From the NCBI GenBank assembly GCA_963733195.1, contig CAVTCR010000062.1, positions 288,001 to 352,000 on the forward strand: a stretch of DNA of 64,000 nt, written 5' to 3'. The notes under the pieces were generated by a model. It saw only the letters and a program-made list of their open reading frames with translations. It did no database searches and was not told where the DNA came from. Source of the stretch: an uncultured delta proteobacterium (GTDB lineage Bacteria; Desulfobacterota; Binatia; Bin18). This document shows positions 47,686 through 57,445 of this stretch, in pieces (positions within the stretch are counted from its first letter, which is position 1; every line of letters begins with the position of its first letter). The translations under genes were made by a program, and so were the position numbers.

Positions 47686-49087
47686 ATGGGAGGAGAATTT
47701 TGGTTTGAGGTCGCGATCATTCTATTGTTGATCCTTGCGAACGGTTTCTTTTCTGGCTCAGAGATGGCGATTATCTCTGTCCGCCGCAGCCGCATTGATC
47801 AACTGGTAGAGGACGGACACAAGTCTGCCCAAGTGGTAGCGCGTCTCAAGGATGATTCCGACCGCTTTCTCGCGACGGTCCAGGTGGGGATCACGTTAGT
47901 TGGTTCTCTTGCCTCAGTGCTGGGAGGTGCCTCGGCGATAGAATACCTACGCCCGATCTTTCAGCAAAGCGAGAGTGCCTTTCTTCGTCAGTGGGGCGAA
48001 GCTACTCGCCCTCGGTGTCATGGTTGTCATTATTTCATACTTGTCCTTGGTCTTGGGAGAATTGGTTCCGAAAACCCTCGCTCTGCGCTACTCGGAACAG
48101 ATCGCCCTTTTTGTCGCCCGTCCGCTCGATCTTCTCTCACGGATGCTCTCCGTGATTGTGCGCTTTCTCACCGCCTCTTCCAACGTGCTCCTCTTTTTCA
48201 CCGGTACCGGCGCCAAATCGACCGAAGCCCTCATTTCTGAAGAAGAGGTTCGCTATCTCGTTAGCGAAGGCGCAGAGAAGGGAGTCTTCGATGACACGGA
48301 GAAAGAGTTTATTCATAGTGTGTTTGATTTTGCGGATACGTCGGTGCGAGAAATACTGACTCCGCGTACGGAAATTCACGGCCTTGAAGTCTCCACCTCG
48401 GCAACCGACGCTCTACACGAGATGATTGAGAGCGGTTTTTCACGCATGCCAGTGTATGAAGAGGATTTGGACCACATTATCGGGATCGTGCATATCAAAG
48501 AATTACTGAAAGCCCGTGAGCACGGAGAAAGCGCGTCATTACGGAACCTCTTACACCCAGCGCATTTTGTGCCCGACTCCATGCAGATCAGTCATTTGTT
48601 ACGCGAACTGCAAGTGCGACGAGCGCATATGGCAATCGTCATTAACGAATTCGGTACCGTAATCGGCATCGCCACCATTGAAGACATCATGGAAGAGATC
48701 GTCGGTGAGATTCGCGACGAGTATGATGAAGATGAAGAACAGCCAGTGCAGGAAATTTCCGAAGGCGTGTTGCTGGTTGAAGGCGGCGTCGCGCTCAGCG
48801 AACTCAAAGAAGAGCACAGTATTCCCCTCGAAGAAACCCAGGCCTACCGCACTCTCGCGGGTTTTCTTCTCGCCCGCCTCGAACGCATTCCACGTGGACG
48901 TGAGATCGTCACGCACGAAGGCTATCGTTTCACGATTGTTGAGATGGATGGGCGACGGATTGCGAAAGTGCGGGTGGAAAAGATCGATAACCCACCAGTA
49001 CCAACTGCTACCATCCGTTCAGGAGGAGAGCAAGCAGCCAGCGAATGGATAGCCGAGAGGCTAAAGTCTAGGAGTCTGGGAGTCTGA
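47686..49087 (+). CDS. hemolysin/CNNM family (DUF21-CBS-CorC) protein, frameshift near 47995
   Basis: ANGFFSGSEMA, QVGIT, GELVPK, FSRMPVY, EDIMEEIVGEIRDEYD, TLAGF. Confidence 0.92.
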
Positions 49088-49101
49088 AGAGTCTAGGAGT
49101 C
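49066..49101 (+). repeat. left arm: AGTCTRGG octamer array
   Basis: gtctaggagtctgggagtctgaagagtctaggagtc; 32/36 identical to the reverse complement of 49521-49556. Confidence 0.9.
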
Positions 49102-49135
49102 GAAAAACTTATGAGCTTATAAAGGGGTATTGAGT

Positions 49136-49510
49136 ATGCCAACGGTACGGCGATTTGAAGATTTGCAAGCGTGGCAGAAAGCGCGAGAGTTGGTCCGTGA
49201 AATTTATACAACGAGCGCTGACGGACGCTTGAGCAAAGATTTCGGATTGCGAGATCAAGTCTGCCGTGCTGCGGTATCAGCCATGAGCAACATCGCTGAG
49301 GGGTTTGCAAGAGGAAGCGATAAAGATTTCGCTCATTTTCTTGATATCGCTAGAGGATCATCGCTAGAAGTACAGTCTCTACTCTATGTTGCACTCGATG
49401 TCGGATATATCGATCAACAACAATTCGAGAGATTATACAAACTGGCCGACGAGACAGTCTCCCTCATCATCGGCTTCAGCTCATACCTTCGTAAGCACCC
49501 CAGCTCCTAG
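49136..49510 (+). CDS. four-helix-bundle protein (23S rRNA IVS protein family)
   Basis: FEDLQAWQKA, DFGLRDQ..RAAVS.MSNIAEGF.R, FLDIARGS..E..S.L..A.D.GY. Confidence 0.93.
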   Translation: MPTVRRFEDLQAWQKARELVREIYTTSADGRLSKDFGLRDQVCRAAVSAMSNIAEGFARGSDKDFAHFLDIARGSSLEVQSLLYVALDVGYIDQQQFERLYKLADETVSLIIGFSSYLRKHPSS

Positions 49511-49868
49511 ACGTCGCCCAGACTCCCAGACTCTATAGACTCCCAGACTCTTAGACCGTTTTACTGGCAGCACCTCCGCCTTACGATACCCTGCCCCAAT
49601 CGCGGCTCGTTCACTGGGAAAGATGACTTGATTGTCGGGATTGATCAGATCGTAGCCGTGACATCCGATGGTGCGATATACCTTGCTCCGACGGTTGGCA
49701 CGCACTTCTTCTGCCACTGAGGCTGTCTGGACCGCAGCCACTTGCACTGGGGTAGGAGCAGTTTTTCGCTTGACGACTGGAATGGCCACCACCAGTTTTC
49801 CTAGGCAAGGCAAACGTAAGACAGAGACCCAGCAGTTGACCACACCCTAGGTTTCGGACTATGAACAC
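49481..49868 (-). CDS. small putative exported protein with Ada metal-binding-like C-terminal domain (frameshifted, ends uncertain)
   Basis: NRRSKVYRTIGCHGY..I.P.N.V.F.SE..A..AGYRKA motif; hydrophobic N-terminus in an adjacent frame. Confidence 0.55.
49504..49556 (-). repeat. right arm: inverted octamer array
   Basis: ctcctagac...gactcccagactctatagactcccagactcttagac. Confidence 0.9.
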
Positions 49869-49911
49869 CTGTCCACTCGCTCACACTCTCAGCGCTAAAG
49901 GGGGGCCTCAT

Positions 49912-50895
49912 ATGGCAGAAGTAAGTAAGGATAAACTCCTCAAAATGTACCGCACGATGCAGACGATTCGCCATTTCGAGGAACGGCTGCGCGATTTGTT
50001 CAAGGAAGGGAAAGTTCCTGGCTTCGTCCATGTCTCAATTGGTGAGGAAGCGTCAGCGACCGGTGTCTGCGCTGCCCTGACCGACGAGGACTACATCACC
50101 AGTACCCACCGTGGCCACGGCCATCTTCTTGCCAAAGGTGGAAAACTCAAACCGATGATGGCCGAACTGTTTGGCAAGAAAACTGGTTATTGCAAAGGCA
50201 AAGGTGGGTCGATGCATATCGCCGACTTCAGCATCGGTATTCTTGGCGCTAATGGCATTGTTGGCGCGGGTCTGCCTATTGCTACCGGTGCCGGGTTAGC
50301 GGCAAAAATGAGAAAAAGTGGTCAGGTGGCGGTCTGCTTCTTTGGCGACGGCGCCTCGAACGAAGGTACGTTCCATGAATCCCTCAACATCGCTTCGTCC
50401 TGGAAACTCCCAGTCGTTTATGTCTGCGAGAATAACCTCTATGGCGAATTCACCGCCGGAAAAGATGTCACCTCAGTCAAAGACATTGCCGATCGTGCGC
50501 GCGGTCATGACATGCCCGGCATCATCGTTAACGGCAATGATGTGGTCGAAGTCTATGAAACAACCTCAGAAGCAGTTGCCCGTGCGCGCCGCGGAGAAGG
50601 GCCAACATTGATCGAATGCAAAACCTACCGCTGGGAAGGCCACGTCGTTGGTGAAGAAGCCTTTCTCGGCAAGAAAGCTTATCGTCCGGCAGAGGAAATC
50701 GCCGAGTGGAAAAAACGCTGCCCACTCATCTCGTTCGAGAACCGCTATACCGCAAATGGGATGTTCAATAAAGCCGACCTGGACGCGATCAAAGCCGAGG
50801 TGAAACGCGACATCGACGAGGCAGTCCAATTCGCCATCGATAGCCCATTGCCAGCTCCAGAAGAGGCGATGGAGGATATGTTTTCGGTGGCATAA
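49912..50895 (+). CDS. TPP-dependent dehydrogenase E1 alpha (acetoin/pyruvate)
   Basis: THRGHGH, GKGGSMH, GDGASNEG...ENN, TYRW.GH. Confidence 0.93.
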   Translation: MAEVSKDKLLKMYRTMQTIRHFEERLRDLFKEGKVPGFVHVSIGEEASATGVCAALTDEDYITSTHRGHGHLLAKGGKLKPMMAELFGKKTGYCKGKGGSMHIADFSIGILGANGIVGAGLPIATGAGLAAKMRKSGQVAVCFFGDGASNEGTFHESLNIASSWKLPVVYVCENNLYGEFTAGKDVTSVKDIADRARGHDMPGIIVNGNDVVEVYETTSEAVARARRGEGPTLIECKTYRWEGHVVGEEAFLGKKAYRPAEEIAEWKKRCPLISFENRYTANGMFNKADLDAIKAEVKRDIDEAVQFAIDSPLPAPEEAMEDMFSVA

Positions 50896-50896
50896 G

Positions 50897-51004
50897 AAGG
50901 GGAAACGGGAAAAAGGGTAAAAGGCGAAAAGGATAAATCATTAGAAAATTCTGGATTAGTTTTCATTTCTCCTTTTCACCGTTTCGCCCTTTCCCCTTTT
51001 CGCC
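50897..51004. repeat. inverted octamer array pair between E1 alpha and E1 beta
   Basis: aaggggaa-acgggaaa-aagggtaa-aaggcgaa ... ttctcctt-ttcaccgt-ttcgccct-ttcccctt. Confidence 0.8.
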
Positions 51005-51066
51005 ACATTCTCCAGGGGACAACACTGATTGTCTATCGTTCACACTAACGTTAAGGGAGAGCAATT

Positions 51067-52035
51067 ATGGCTGAAATTTCATACATTCGTGCGATCAACG
51101 AAGCATTACGGGAAGAGTTACGCCGCGATCCACTTACGTTTGTGATGGGATTGGACGTTTGGGTCGGCGCCTTCGGCGCTACCGGTGGATTGACGGATGA
51201 GTTCGGCCCTGAACGTATCCGCAATGCGCCTATTTCTGAAGCTGGATATGCTGGAGCGGGTGTCGGCGCGGCAATGGCTGGGATGCGACCCATCGTGGAA
51301 ATCGAGTTCGCCAGCTTCTTCTATTGCTGCTGGGATCAGGTGTGTAATCAGGCGGCAAAGCTCCGATACATGTCTGGCGGACAAGCGGATATCCCCATCA
51401 CATTCCGTGCGGCATATGGTGCGACAGGACAAGCGGCAGCCCAGCATTCCGAGACGGTATACGCGCAGTTCATGAGCGTACCGGGGTTAAAGATCGTTGC
51501 CCCATCAGACCCGTACGACATGAAGGGCTTGTTAAAAAGCGCCATCCGCGACAACAACCCAGTCCTCGTATTCGAGCATATGGGACTCGGTCGTTTGCGC
51601 GGCCAGGTTCCTGAAGAAGATTACGTCGTGCCGATCGGCAAAGGCGCAGTTAAACGTGAAGGGAAAGACATCACCGTTGTCGCGATTGGCGCTATGGTGT
51701 CCAAAGCGCTCGCCGCCGCTAAGGCGTTGGAACAAGAAGGCATCTCCATCGAAGTGGTTGATCCACGCTCGCTCGTTCCTCTTGATGAAGAGATCATTCT
51801 CAATTCCGTAGGGAAGACACATAAAGTGCTGATCGTTGATGAAGGCCACCTGCGCGGCGGCGCAGCAGCGGAAATTGCGGCGGTGGTCGCGGATAAAGGG
51901 TTTGACCTGCTCGACGCCCCGGTCAAACGGCTGACGACCCCGGACGTACCCATCCCCTTTAGCCCACCGATGGAAAAGTTCGTGCTGCCCGATGACACGA
52001 AGATTGTCAAAGCGGTGAAGGAGTTGGTCGGATAG
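51067..52035 (+). CDS. TPP-dependent dehydrogenase E1 beta
   Basis: FGPERIRNAPISE, AAQHS, PGLKIVAPS, EVVDPRSL.PLD, LDAPVKR. Confidence 0.93.
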   Translation: MAEISYIRAINEALREELRRDPLTFVMGLDVWVGAFGATGGLTDEFGPERIRNAPISEAGYAGAGVGAAMAGMRPIVEIEFASFFYCCWDQVCNQAAKLRYMSGGQADIPITFRAAYGATGQAAAQHSETVYAQFMSVPGLKIVAPSDPYDMKGLLKSAIRDNNPVLVFEHMGLGRLRGQVPEEDYVVPIGKGAVKREGKDITVVAIGAMVSKALAAAKALEQEGISIEVVDPRSLVPLDEEIILNSVGKTHKVLIVDEGHLRGGAAAEIAAVVADKGFDLLDAPVKRLTTPDVPIPFSPPMEKFVLPDDTKIVKAVKELVG

Positions 52036-52052
52036 TCGAGATCAGGTAGTGA

Positions 52053-52143
52053 ACAGGCGAAAGGGCAAAAGGCAAAAAGGGGAGGAGGATGTCATCAGAG
52101 TGCTGTCTTGTGTTCCCTTTTCCCGTTTACCCATTTCCCACTT
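52053..52143. repeat. inverted octamer array pair between E1 beta and E2
   Basis: aggcgaaagggcaaaaggcaaaaagggg ... ttcccttttcccgtttacccatttccc. Confidence 0.7.
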
Positions 52144-52201
52144 CTAGACTGTGTGGACTCGAGACTGACGTTAAGACGGAAAGAGAAGAAGGGAGAAAAC
52201 C

Positions 52202-53472
52202 GTGGCGGTAGAAGTCGACCATGCCGAAGTTCGGTCTGACCATGACCGAAGGAACCATCCAAAAGTGGTTCAAGAATGAAGGGGATGCGATCAAAGCTGG
52301 CGAGGCGATCTTTGAGGTAGAAACAGAAAAGGTGCTCTACGAAGTGGAGTGTTCGGCAACTGGAACAGTAGCGAAGTTGCTCTATCCGGTTGAGGCAGTG
52401 GTCGCGGTTGGACTGCCAGTTGCCGTCATTGCCGAAGCTGGTGAGAACGTCGCCGAGGTCGCCGCTCGGTATGGTGGTGGAGCGCCAACTACACAAGCTG
52501 CAGCGGCTTCGTCTGTTGCCGCAGCACCAGTGCTGCAAGTGCCGCACCAGCAGCCGCATCAGCCAGTGGCCGGAGAGAAGGTGCACCTGTCACCCCTGCC
52601 GCCCGTAAGCTCGCGCAAGAGAATGGCATCGACGTCTCACAGCTTGTTGGCACAGGGCCAGGAGGTCGCATCACGCGCGAGGATGTCGAGAAAGCTATTG
52701 CTGATCGTGCGAAAGCACCTGCCCCGACCGCGGCTCCGGCAGCAGCTCCAGCGGCTGCACCTGCACCACGCCCGCTGCAGCACCAGCTCGCAGGGGACAG
52801 AGCATCCCGCTCCGTGGCATGCGCAAAGTCATCGCCGAACGCATGCATAAAAGCCTGCAAGGAAGTGCGCAGCTCACGATTACGACAGAAGTCGATGTCA
52901 CGCAGTTAATTGATCGCCGTCAGGAAGTGCAACGCGAGTTCAACGCAACATACACAGACTTCATCGTCCAAGCCTGTGCTCATGCACTCAAACAACATCC
53001 TCGGATGAATTCCACCCTCGACGGTGAGACGATCCGTCATCTTGAGCAGGTCAGTGTCGGCATCGCGGTTGCCTTGGAGGAAGGATTGATTGTCCCGGTA
53101 GTTCCGAATACAGACAAAAAATCACTGAAAGAGATTGCCCAAGAAGCACGGGCGTTAGCCGAGAAAGCTCGCGCTGGAAAACTCACCTTAGAAGAGGTCT
53201 CCGGCGGGACGTTTACCGTGTCCAACCTCGGTATGTTTGGTATCGATGGCTTCACGCCGATCATCAATACACCGCAGATTGGCATTCTCGGGGTAGGACG
53301 CATTGTTGAGAAGCCGATCATTTATCGTGGTGAAATTGCAAAACGTTCAATGATGGTGCTGAGCTTAACATTCGATCATCGTATCATCGATGGTGCACCA
53401 GCTGGCGCGTTCTTACAAACCGTCGCCGACTTGCTGGCGCATGGGAATCGGATTTCGTTGGACGCGCGATAA
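52202..53472 (+). CDS. dihydrolipoamide acyltransferase E2 (frameshifted)
   Basis: Lipoyl domain MPKFG...ETEKV, peripheral-subunit-binding domain TPAARKLA...[13 protein letters not shown], catalytic DHRIIDG. Confidence 0.9.
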
Positions 53473-53480
53473 GAAGCAAG

Positions 53481-53563
53481 AAGCGGAGAACCGGCGACGG
53501 GAGGAATCGGAGAAGAATTCTTTTTGCCTTTACTCTCCGTTTCTCCGCTTCCCCGGTTCCTCC
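53481..53563. repeat. inverted octamer array pair after E2
   Basis: aagcggagaaccggcgacgggaggaatcggagaa ... tctccgtttctccgcttccccggttcctcc. Confidence 0.7.
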
Positions 53564-53587
53564 AACGGAGAATTGCTGGAATTTGCA

Positions 53588-53865
53588 TTACTTGACTCTT
53601 TGTTGTTTCTTCCGCGTCCTCGCGACAGGTCTCCCCGCCCCCTGTTTGCGTTCTTTTCGTTCGGCTAGCAGCGACTCCCAGTCGATGAGGACCAGAGAGT
53701 CTTCGGGCGGGCTAGATTCGCAGTCGTAGCGATAAAGGAACTTACGAAAGTCCCATGTTGCCTCTGATAGGCACTGAGCCTCCGGTCGATTTCTCTGGGG
53801 GTAAGAACTGAGTAATTGATCCTGCGCTCACCCTCGGTTCCGCTAATGACCACAATACGACTCAT
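53588..53865 (-). CDS. small antitoxin-like hypothetical protein (one frameshift)
   Basis: Repaired translation MSRIVVISG...IDRRLSAYQRQHGTFRKFLYRYDCESSPPEDSLVLIDWESLL...; resembles the L..YE..YG....F...Y......D...W pattern of small antitoxin-like proteins. Confidence 0.45.
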
Positions 53866-53948
53866 CGGATACTCTGTTCTTGAGACACCCCTCAATATCT
53901 CAGAATCAGCGTGAGCCAGCAAGCCTGACTCTGCGAAGATCTTTCTCA

Positions 53949-53978
53949 TTGACAACGGCAATGAGTCGGCAGGATAAT
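53949..53978 (+). promoter_or_regulatory. sigma70-like promoter, cyclase 1
   Basis: TTGACA-N18-GATAAT, conserved before all three paralogs. Confidence 0.7.
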
Positions 53979-53999
53979 CACCTGCAGAGAGGAGGAGCG

Positions 54000-56431
54000 A
54001 TGCCTGCCCAGACGCCCAGTCGGCATGGAGCGCAAGCTGGCGGCGATCTTCAGCACCGATGTCGCCGGCTACAGCCGCCTCATGGGGGACGATGAAGAAG
54101 CCACCATCCGCACCCTCACCGCCTATCGTGCACTGATCTCCTCTCTGATCCAGCAGTACCGTGGCCGCGTGGTCGATGCGCCCGGTGATAATCTGCTGGC
54201 CGAGTTCGCCAGTGTGGTCGATGCCGTGCGCTGCGCGGTCGAGATTCAGCACGAACTCAAAGTGAAGAACGCCGAGTTGCCTGAACATCGGCAGATGCAG
54301 TTTCGCATCGGCATCAACCTGGGCGATGTGATCGTCGAAGGCGAACGGCTCTACGGGGATGGGGTCAACATCGCCGCCCGGCTGGAAAGTTTGGCCGATT
54401 CCCGGCGGCATCTGCATCTCCGGCACGGTCTACGACCAAGTCGAGAACAAACTTGCGCTGAACTATGAGTATCAGGGCGAGCAGACGGTCAAGAACATCG
54501 CCAAGCCGGTGCGGACGTATCGGGTCGTGATGGATGAAGCCGCAGCAGCCCTGGTCGAGCAAGCCGTGCTTCGACAAGCTCAGCACGAACGGATACCGAC
54601 ACCGGGCACTCTGAGCCCTTCACAACTGTCCTGGAGCGAAGCTCGTAGGGCGGGCTTTGCCCGCCGAAAATGGACGATGGTGGCTGTGGCTGGCCTGCTG
54701 CTCATCGCGGCAGCAATCGTCGCTGTCCGCTATTTTTCCTTCTCCACCCCTAACCCCCAACCCCCAACCCCTAGCACCCAGAGCCGCGCCTGCGGCGCTT
54801 GCCGCTGCCCGACAAACCCTCCACTCGTCGTCCTGCCCTTCGTCAACATGAGCAAAGACCCCGACCAAGAGTACTTCAGCGACGGCCTCACCGAAGTGCT
54901 CACCGGCGATCTCTCCAAGATCTCCAGCCTGTTTGTCATCGCCCGCAACTCCGCCTTCACCTACAAAGGCAAGGCGGTGAAGGTGCAAGACGTGGGACGG
55001 AGATGGGCGTGCGCTACGTGCTGGAAGGCAGTGTGCAGAAAGCTGACCAGCAGGTGCGGATCACCGCGCAGTTGATCGAGGCGACGACCGGCTATCACCT
55101 GTGGTCCGAGCAGTATGACCGGCCACTCAAGGATATCTTTGCCCTGCAAGACGAGATCGTGCAGAAGATCGTGACGACGCTGAAGCTGCAGCTCACGTTG
55201 CAGGAGCAAGGGTACATCGTGCGCAAACACACGGACAACCTGGAGGCCTATGATGCCTTCTTGCGCGGGGTGGAGTATTTTTGCCGCTTCACGAAAGAGG
55301 CCAATGCCCAGGCGCGGCAGACTGTTTGAGAAAGCCATTGCCCTGGACCCGCAGTATGCGGAGGCGTACGCGTGGCTGGGTGGACCTACTGGCTGGAGTG
55401 GGTCTTGCGCTGGAGTGCGGACCCCCAGACCCTGGAGCGGGCGTTGGCGCTGGCGCAACAGGCCGTTGCCCTGGACGACTCCCTGCCTGTGGCCCATTCG
55501 CTCTTGAGCAATGTCTATGCGCAGAAACAGCAGTATGACCAAGCCATCGCGGAAGGGGAACGGGCGATCGCCCTCGATCCCAACAATGCCGACAGCTATG
55601 CATGGCAGGCGGAGGTGCTGAACTTCGCGGGCAGGCCAGAAGAAGCCCTGCGGATGGTGGAGCAGGCGATGCGGCTCAACCCCCGCTATCCGCCCTGGTA
55701 CTTATTCGAATTGGGCTGGGCCTACCGCTTGACCGGGCGGTATGCCGAGGCGATCGCCGCGCTGAAGGAAGCTCATCAGCCGGAACCCCAATTTTCTGGC
55801 TGCCCACCTTCACCTGGCTGTCAGCTACTTGTGGCAGTGGGTCTCTCAACAGAGCCCGGCTGCCCAGACGTTGGAGCCGGCAGTGGCGGCGGTGCAACGG
55901 GCCCTGGCCCTCAATGACTCCTTACACTGGAACCACATAGTCTTGGGCTATATCTATCTCTACCAACAGCAGTATGAGCAGGCCCTGGCGGAGATGGAGC
56001 GGGCCGTGGCCCTCGCTCCTACCGAGGCGGGGAGCTATGCGGCTCTGGCTGAGGTGCTGAGCTGTGTGGGCAGGACGGAGGACGCCCTGGAGGCCGCCGC
56101 ACAGGCGCTGCGCCTGAAGCCCGTATGTTGCGGACGACCACTTAGACAGCGTCGGCACTGCCTATGCGGTGGCCGGGCGCTACGAGGAGGCGCATTGCCC
56201 CCTTGCAGCGAATATCTCAGCCGCTACCCCAACATTCTGCCTGCCCATCTCATGCTGGCAGCGGTCTACAGCGAGTTAGGCCAAGCCGCCGAGGCGCGGG
56301 CGGAGGCCGCGGAAGTGCTGCGGCTCAATCCCAAGTTCTCACTGGAAGTTCACAAGCAGCGAATGCCGATCAAAGATCCAGCGGTGTTGGAGCGGCATAT
56401 TGCGGCGTTGCGCAAGGCGGGGCTCAAATAA
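54000..56431 (+). CDS. class III nucleotidyl cyclase-TM-TolB-like-TPR protein, copy 1 (multiple frameshifts)
   Basis: [67 protein letters not shown], TPRs, LRKAGLK end. Confidence 0.9.
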
Positions 56432-56490
56432 TGAAGAATGATGAATGAAGAATGAAGAATGAAAAATGATGAATGAGCGATAATGAATGC
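56430..56490 (+). repeat. TGAAGAA-like heptamer array after cyclase 1
   Basis: tgaagaa-tgatgaa-tgaagaa-tgaagaa-tgaaaaa-tgatgaa; similar arrays at 59859-59928 and 62660-62696. Confidence 0.85.
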
Positions 56491-56598
56491 TGAGGAAAGG
56501 CAAGATTCCTACAAGTCAAAGGGATAGAACCTCATTGACGCCAATAGTCTGGTTTGGGACGATGGTGCGAGCGCCTTTTCTATGGAGCGTCACGTTTA

Positions 56599-56880
56599 AT
56601 GCAAAAGAAATCTGAACAGCGAAAAGAAATAGGGAAATACATTGTCGCCGATCCTCGGATTTGTCATGGAGAACCCACCTTTCAGGGGACACGGAAGCTT
56701 GTCCGCGACTGTATCGAGATGGCAGCGAACGGCCTGACGATCGACGAACTCGCTAGCCGCGCCAACCTCCCTCGCGAGGCTATTGTTGAAGCTCTGCATT
56801 TTGCGGCGGACGTCTTGCAGCGCCATTATACTGACCGCTCTGTTGCTCCTTCTCGCGCCCGAGAACAGCTGAGCGCCTGA
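56599..56880 (+). CDS. DUF433 antitoxin-like protein
   Basis: IVADPRICHGEPTFQGTR..V.......A.G.T..E......L..E....AL.FA. Confidence 0.9.
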   Translation: MQKKSEQRKEIGKYIVADPRICHGEPTFQGTRKLVRDCIEMAANGLTIDELASRANLPREAIVEALHFAADVLQRHYTDRSVAPSRAREQLSA

Positions 56881-56882
56881 GC

Positions 56883-57269
56883 ATGAGCCGCCACGTTCTT
56901 GATGAACTCTTTGATGAGTCCATCTATGAACAATTAAAGGCTCGACGAATTGCCATTGATAAGGTCGGAGCAGGATTCGGAAGAACTGGTTGGTTAGATG
57001 AACATATCCTGCAAGCCCTTCATGGCAGCGGAAAGACGTTGCATACCCGAGATCGTGGCTTCTACCGCCGCTCTCGTGCTCATCCCTCTTACTGTGTTGT
57101 GTACTATGATGTTCCTCTCGCGGAAATGGTTGCCTCTATTCGCCGTTTTCTCCGACACCCTCAGTTCAATACGCATGCGAAGCGATTAGGAAAGGTAATT
57201 AAAGTCACAGGTCAACGTATTGAGTTCTGGCAGCGAGATCGCTCCACGAAATCAGTGCTTCGTTGGTAG
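56883..57269 (+). CDS. PIN-like toxin (DUF5615/VapC45-like)
   Basis: N-terminal VLDE, LDEHI, T-R-D-x-x-F motif; directly follows DUF433. Confidence 0.7.
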   Translation: MSRHVLDELFDESIYEQLKARRIAIDKVGAGFGRTGWLDEHILQALHGSGKTLHTRDRGFYRRSRAHPSYCVVYYDVPLAEMVASIRRFLRHPQFNTHAKRLGKVIKVTGQRIEFWQRDRSTKSVLRW

Positions 57270-57283
57270 AGGAAAGCTAGGAA

Positions 57284-57310
57284 CGGCCTGCGGCCTTATC
57301 CCGGCCTACG
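57284..57310 (-). repeat. GTAG-type REP palindrome
   Basis: Reverse strand cgtaggccgggataaggccgcaggccg. Confidence 0.55.
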
Positions 57311-57395
57311 GCCTGGTGCGCCACAAGCAGCAAGCTACTCGTGCATTTGCTTAAGCACCGACAAACAAATCATCAGAGCGCTCGGCGCAGAACCG

Positions 57396-57425
57396 TTGAC
57401 AAGTAGGAGGAAACGAAAGGATAAT
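57396..57425 (+). promoter_or_regulatory. sigma70-like promoter, cyclase 2
   Basis: TTGACA-N18-GATAAT. Confidence 0.7.
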
Positions 57426-57445
57426 ACCCCGATAAGGGGGCGTTG

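Noticed and set aside
49066-49556. CRISPR array or diversity-generating retroelement
   Set aside because: No repeat-spacer structure or cas genes. No reverse transcriptase or TR/VR pair with adenine-specific differences was seen in the window.
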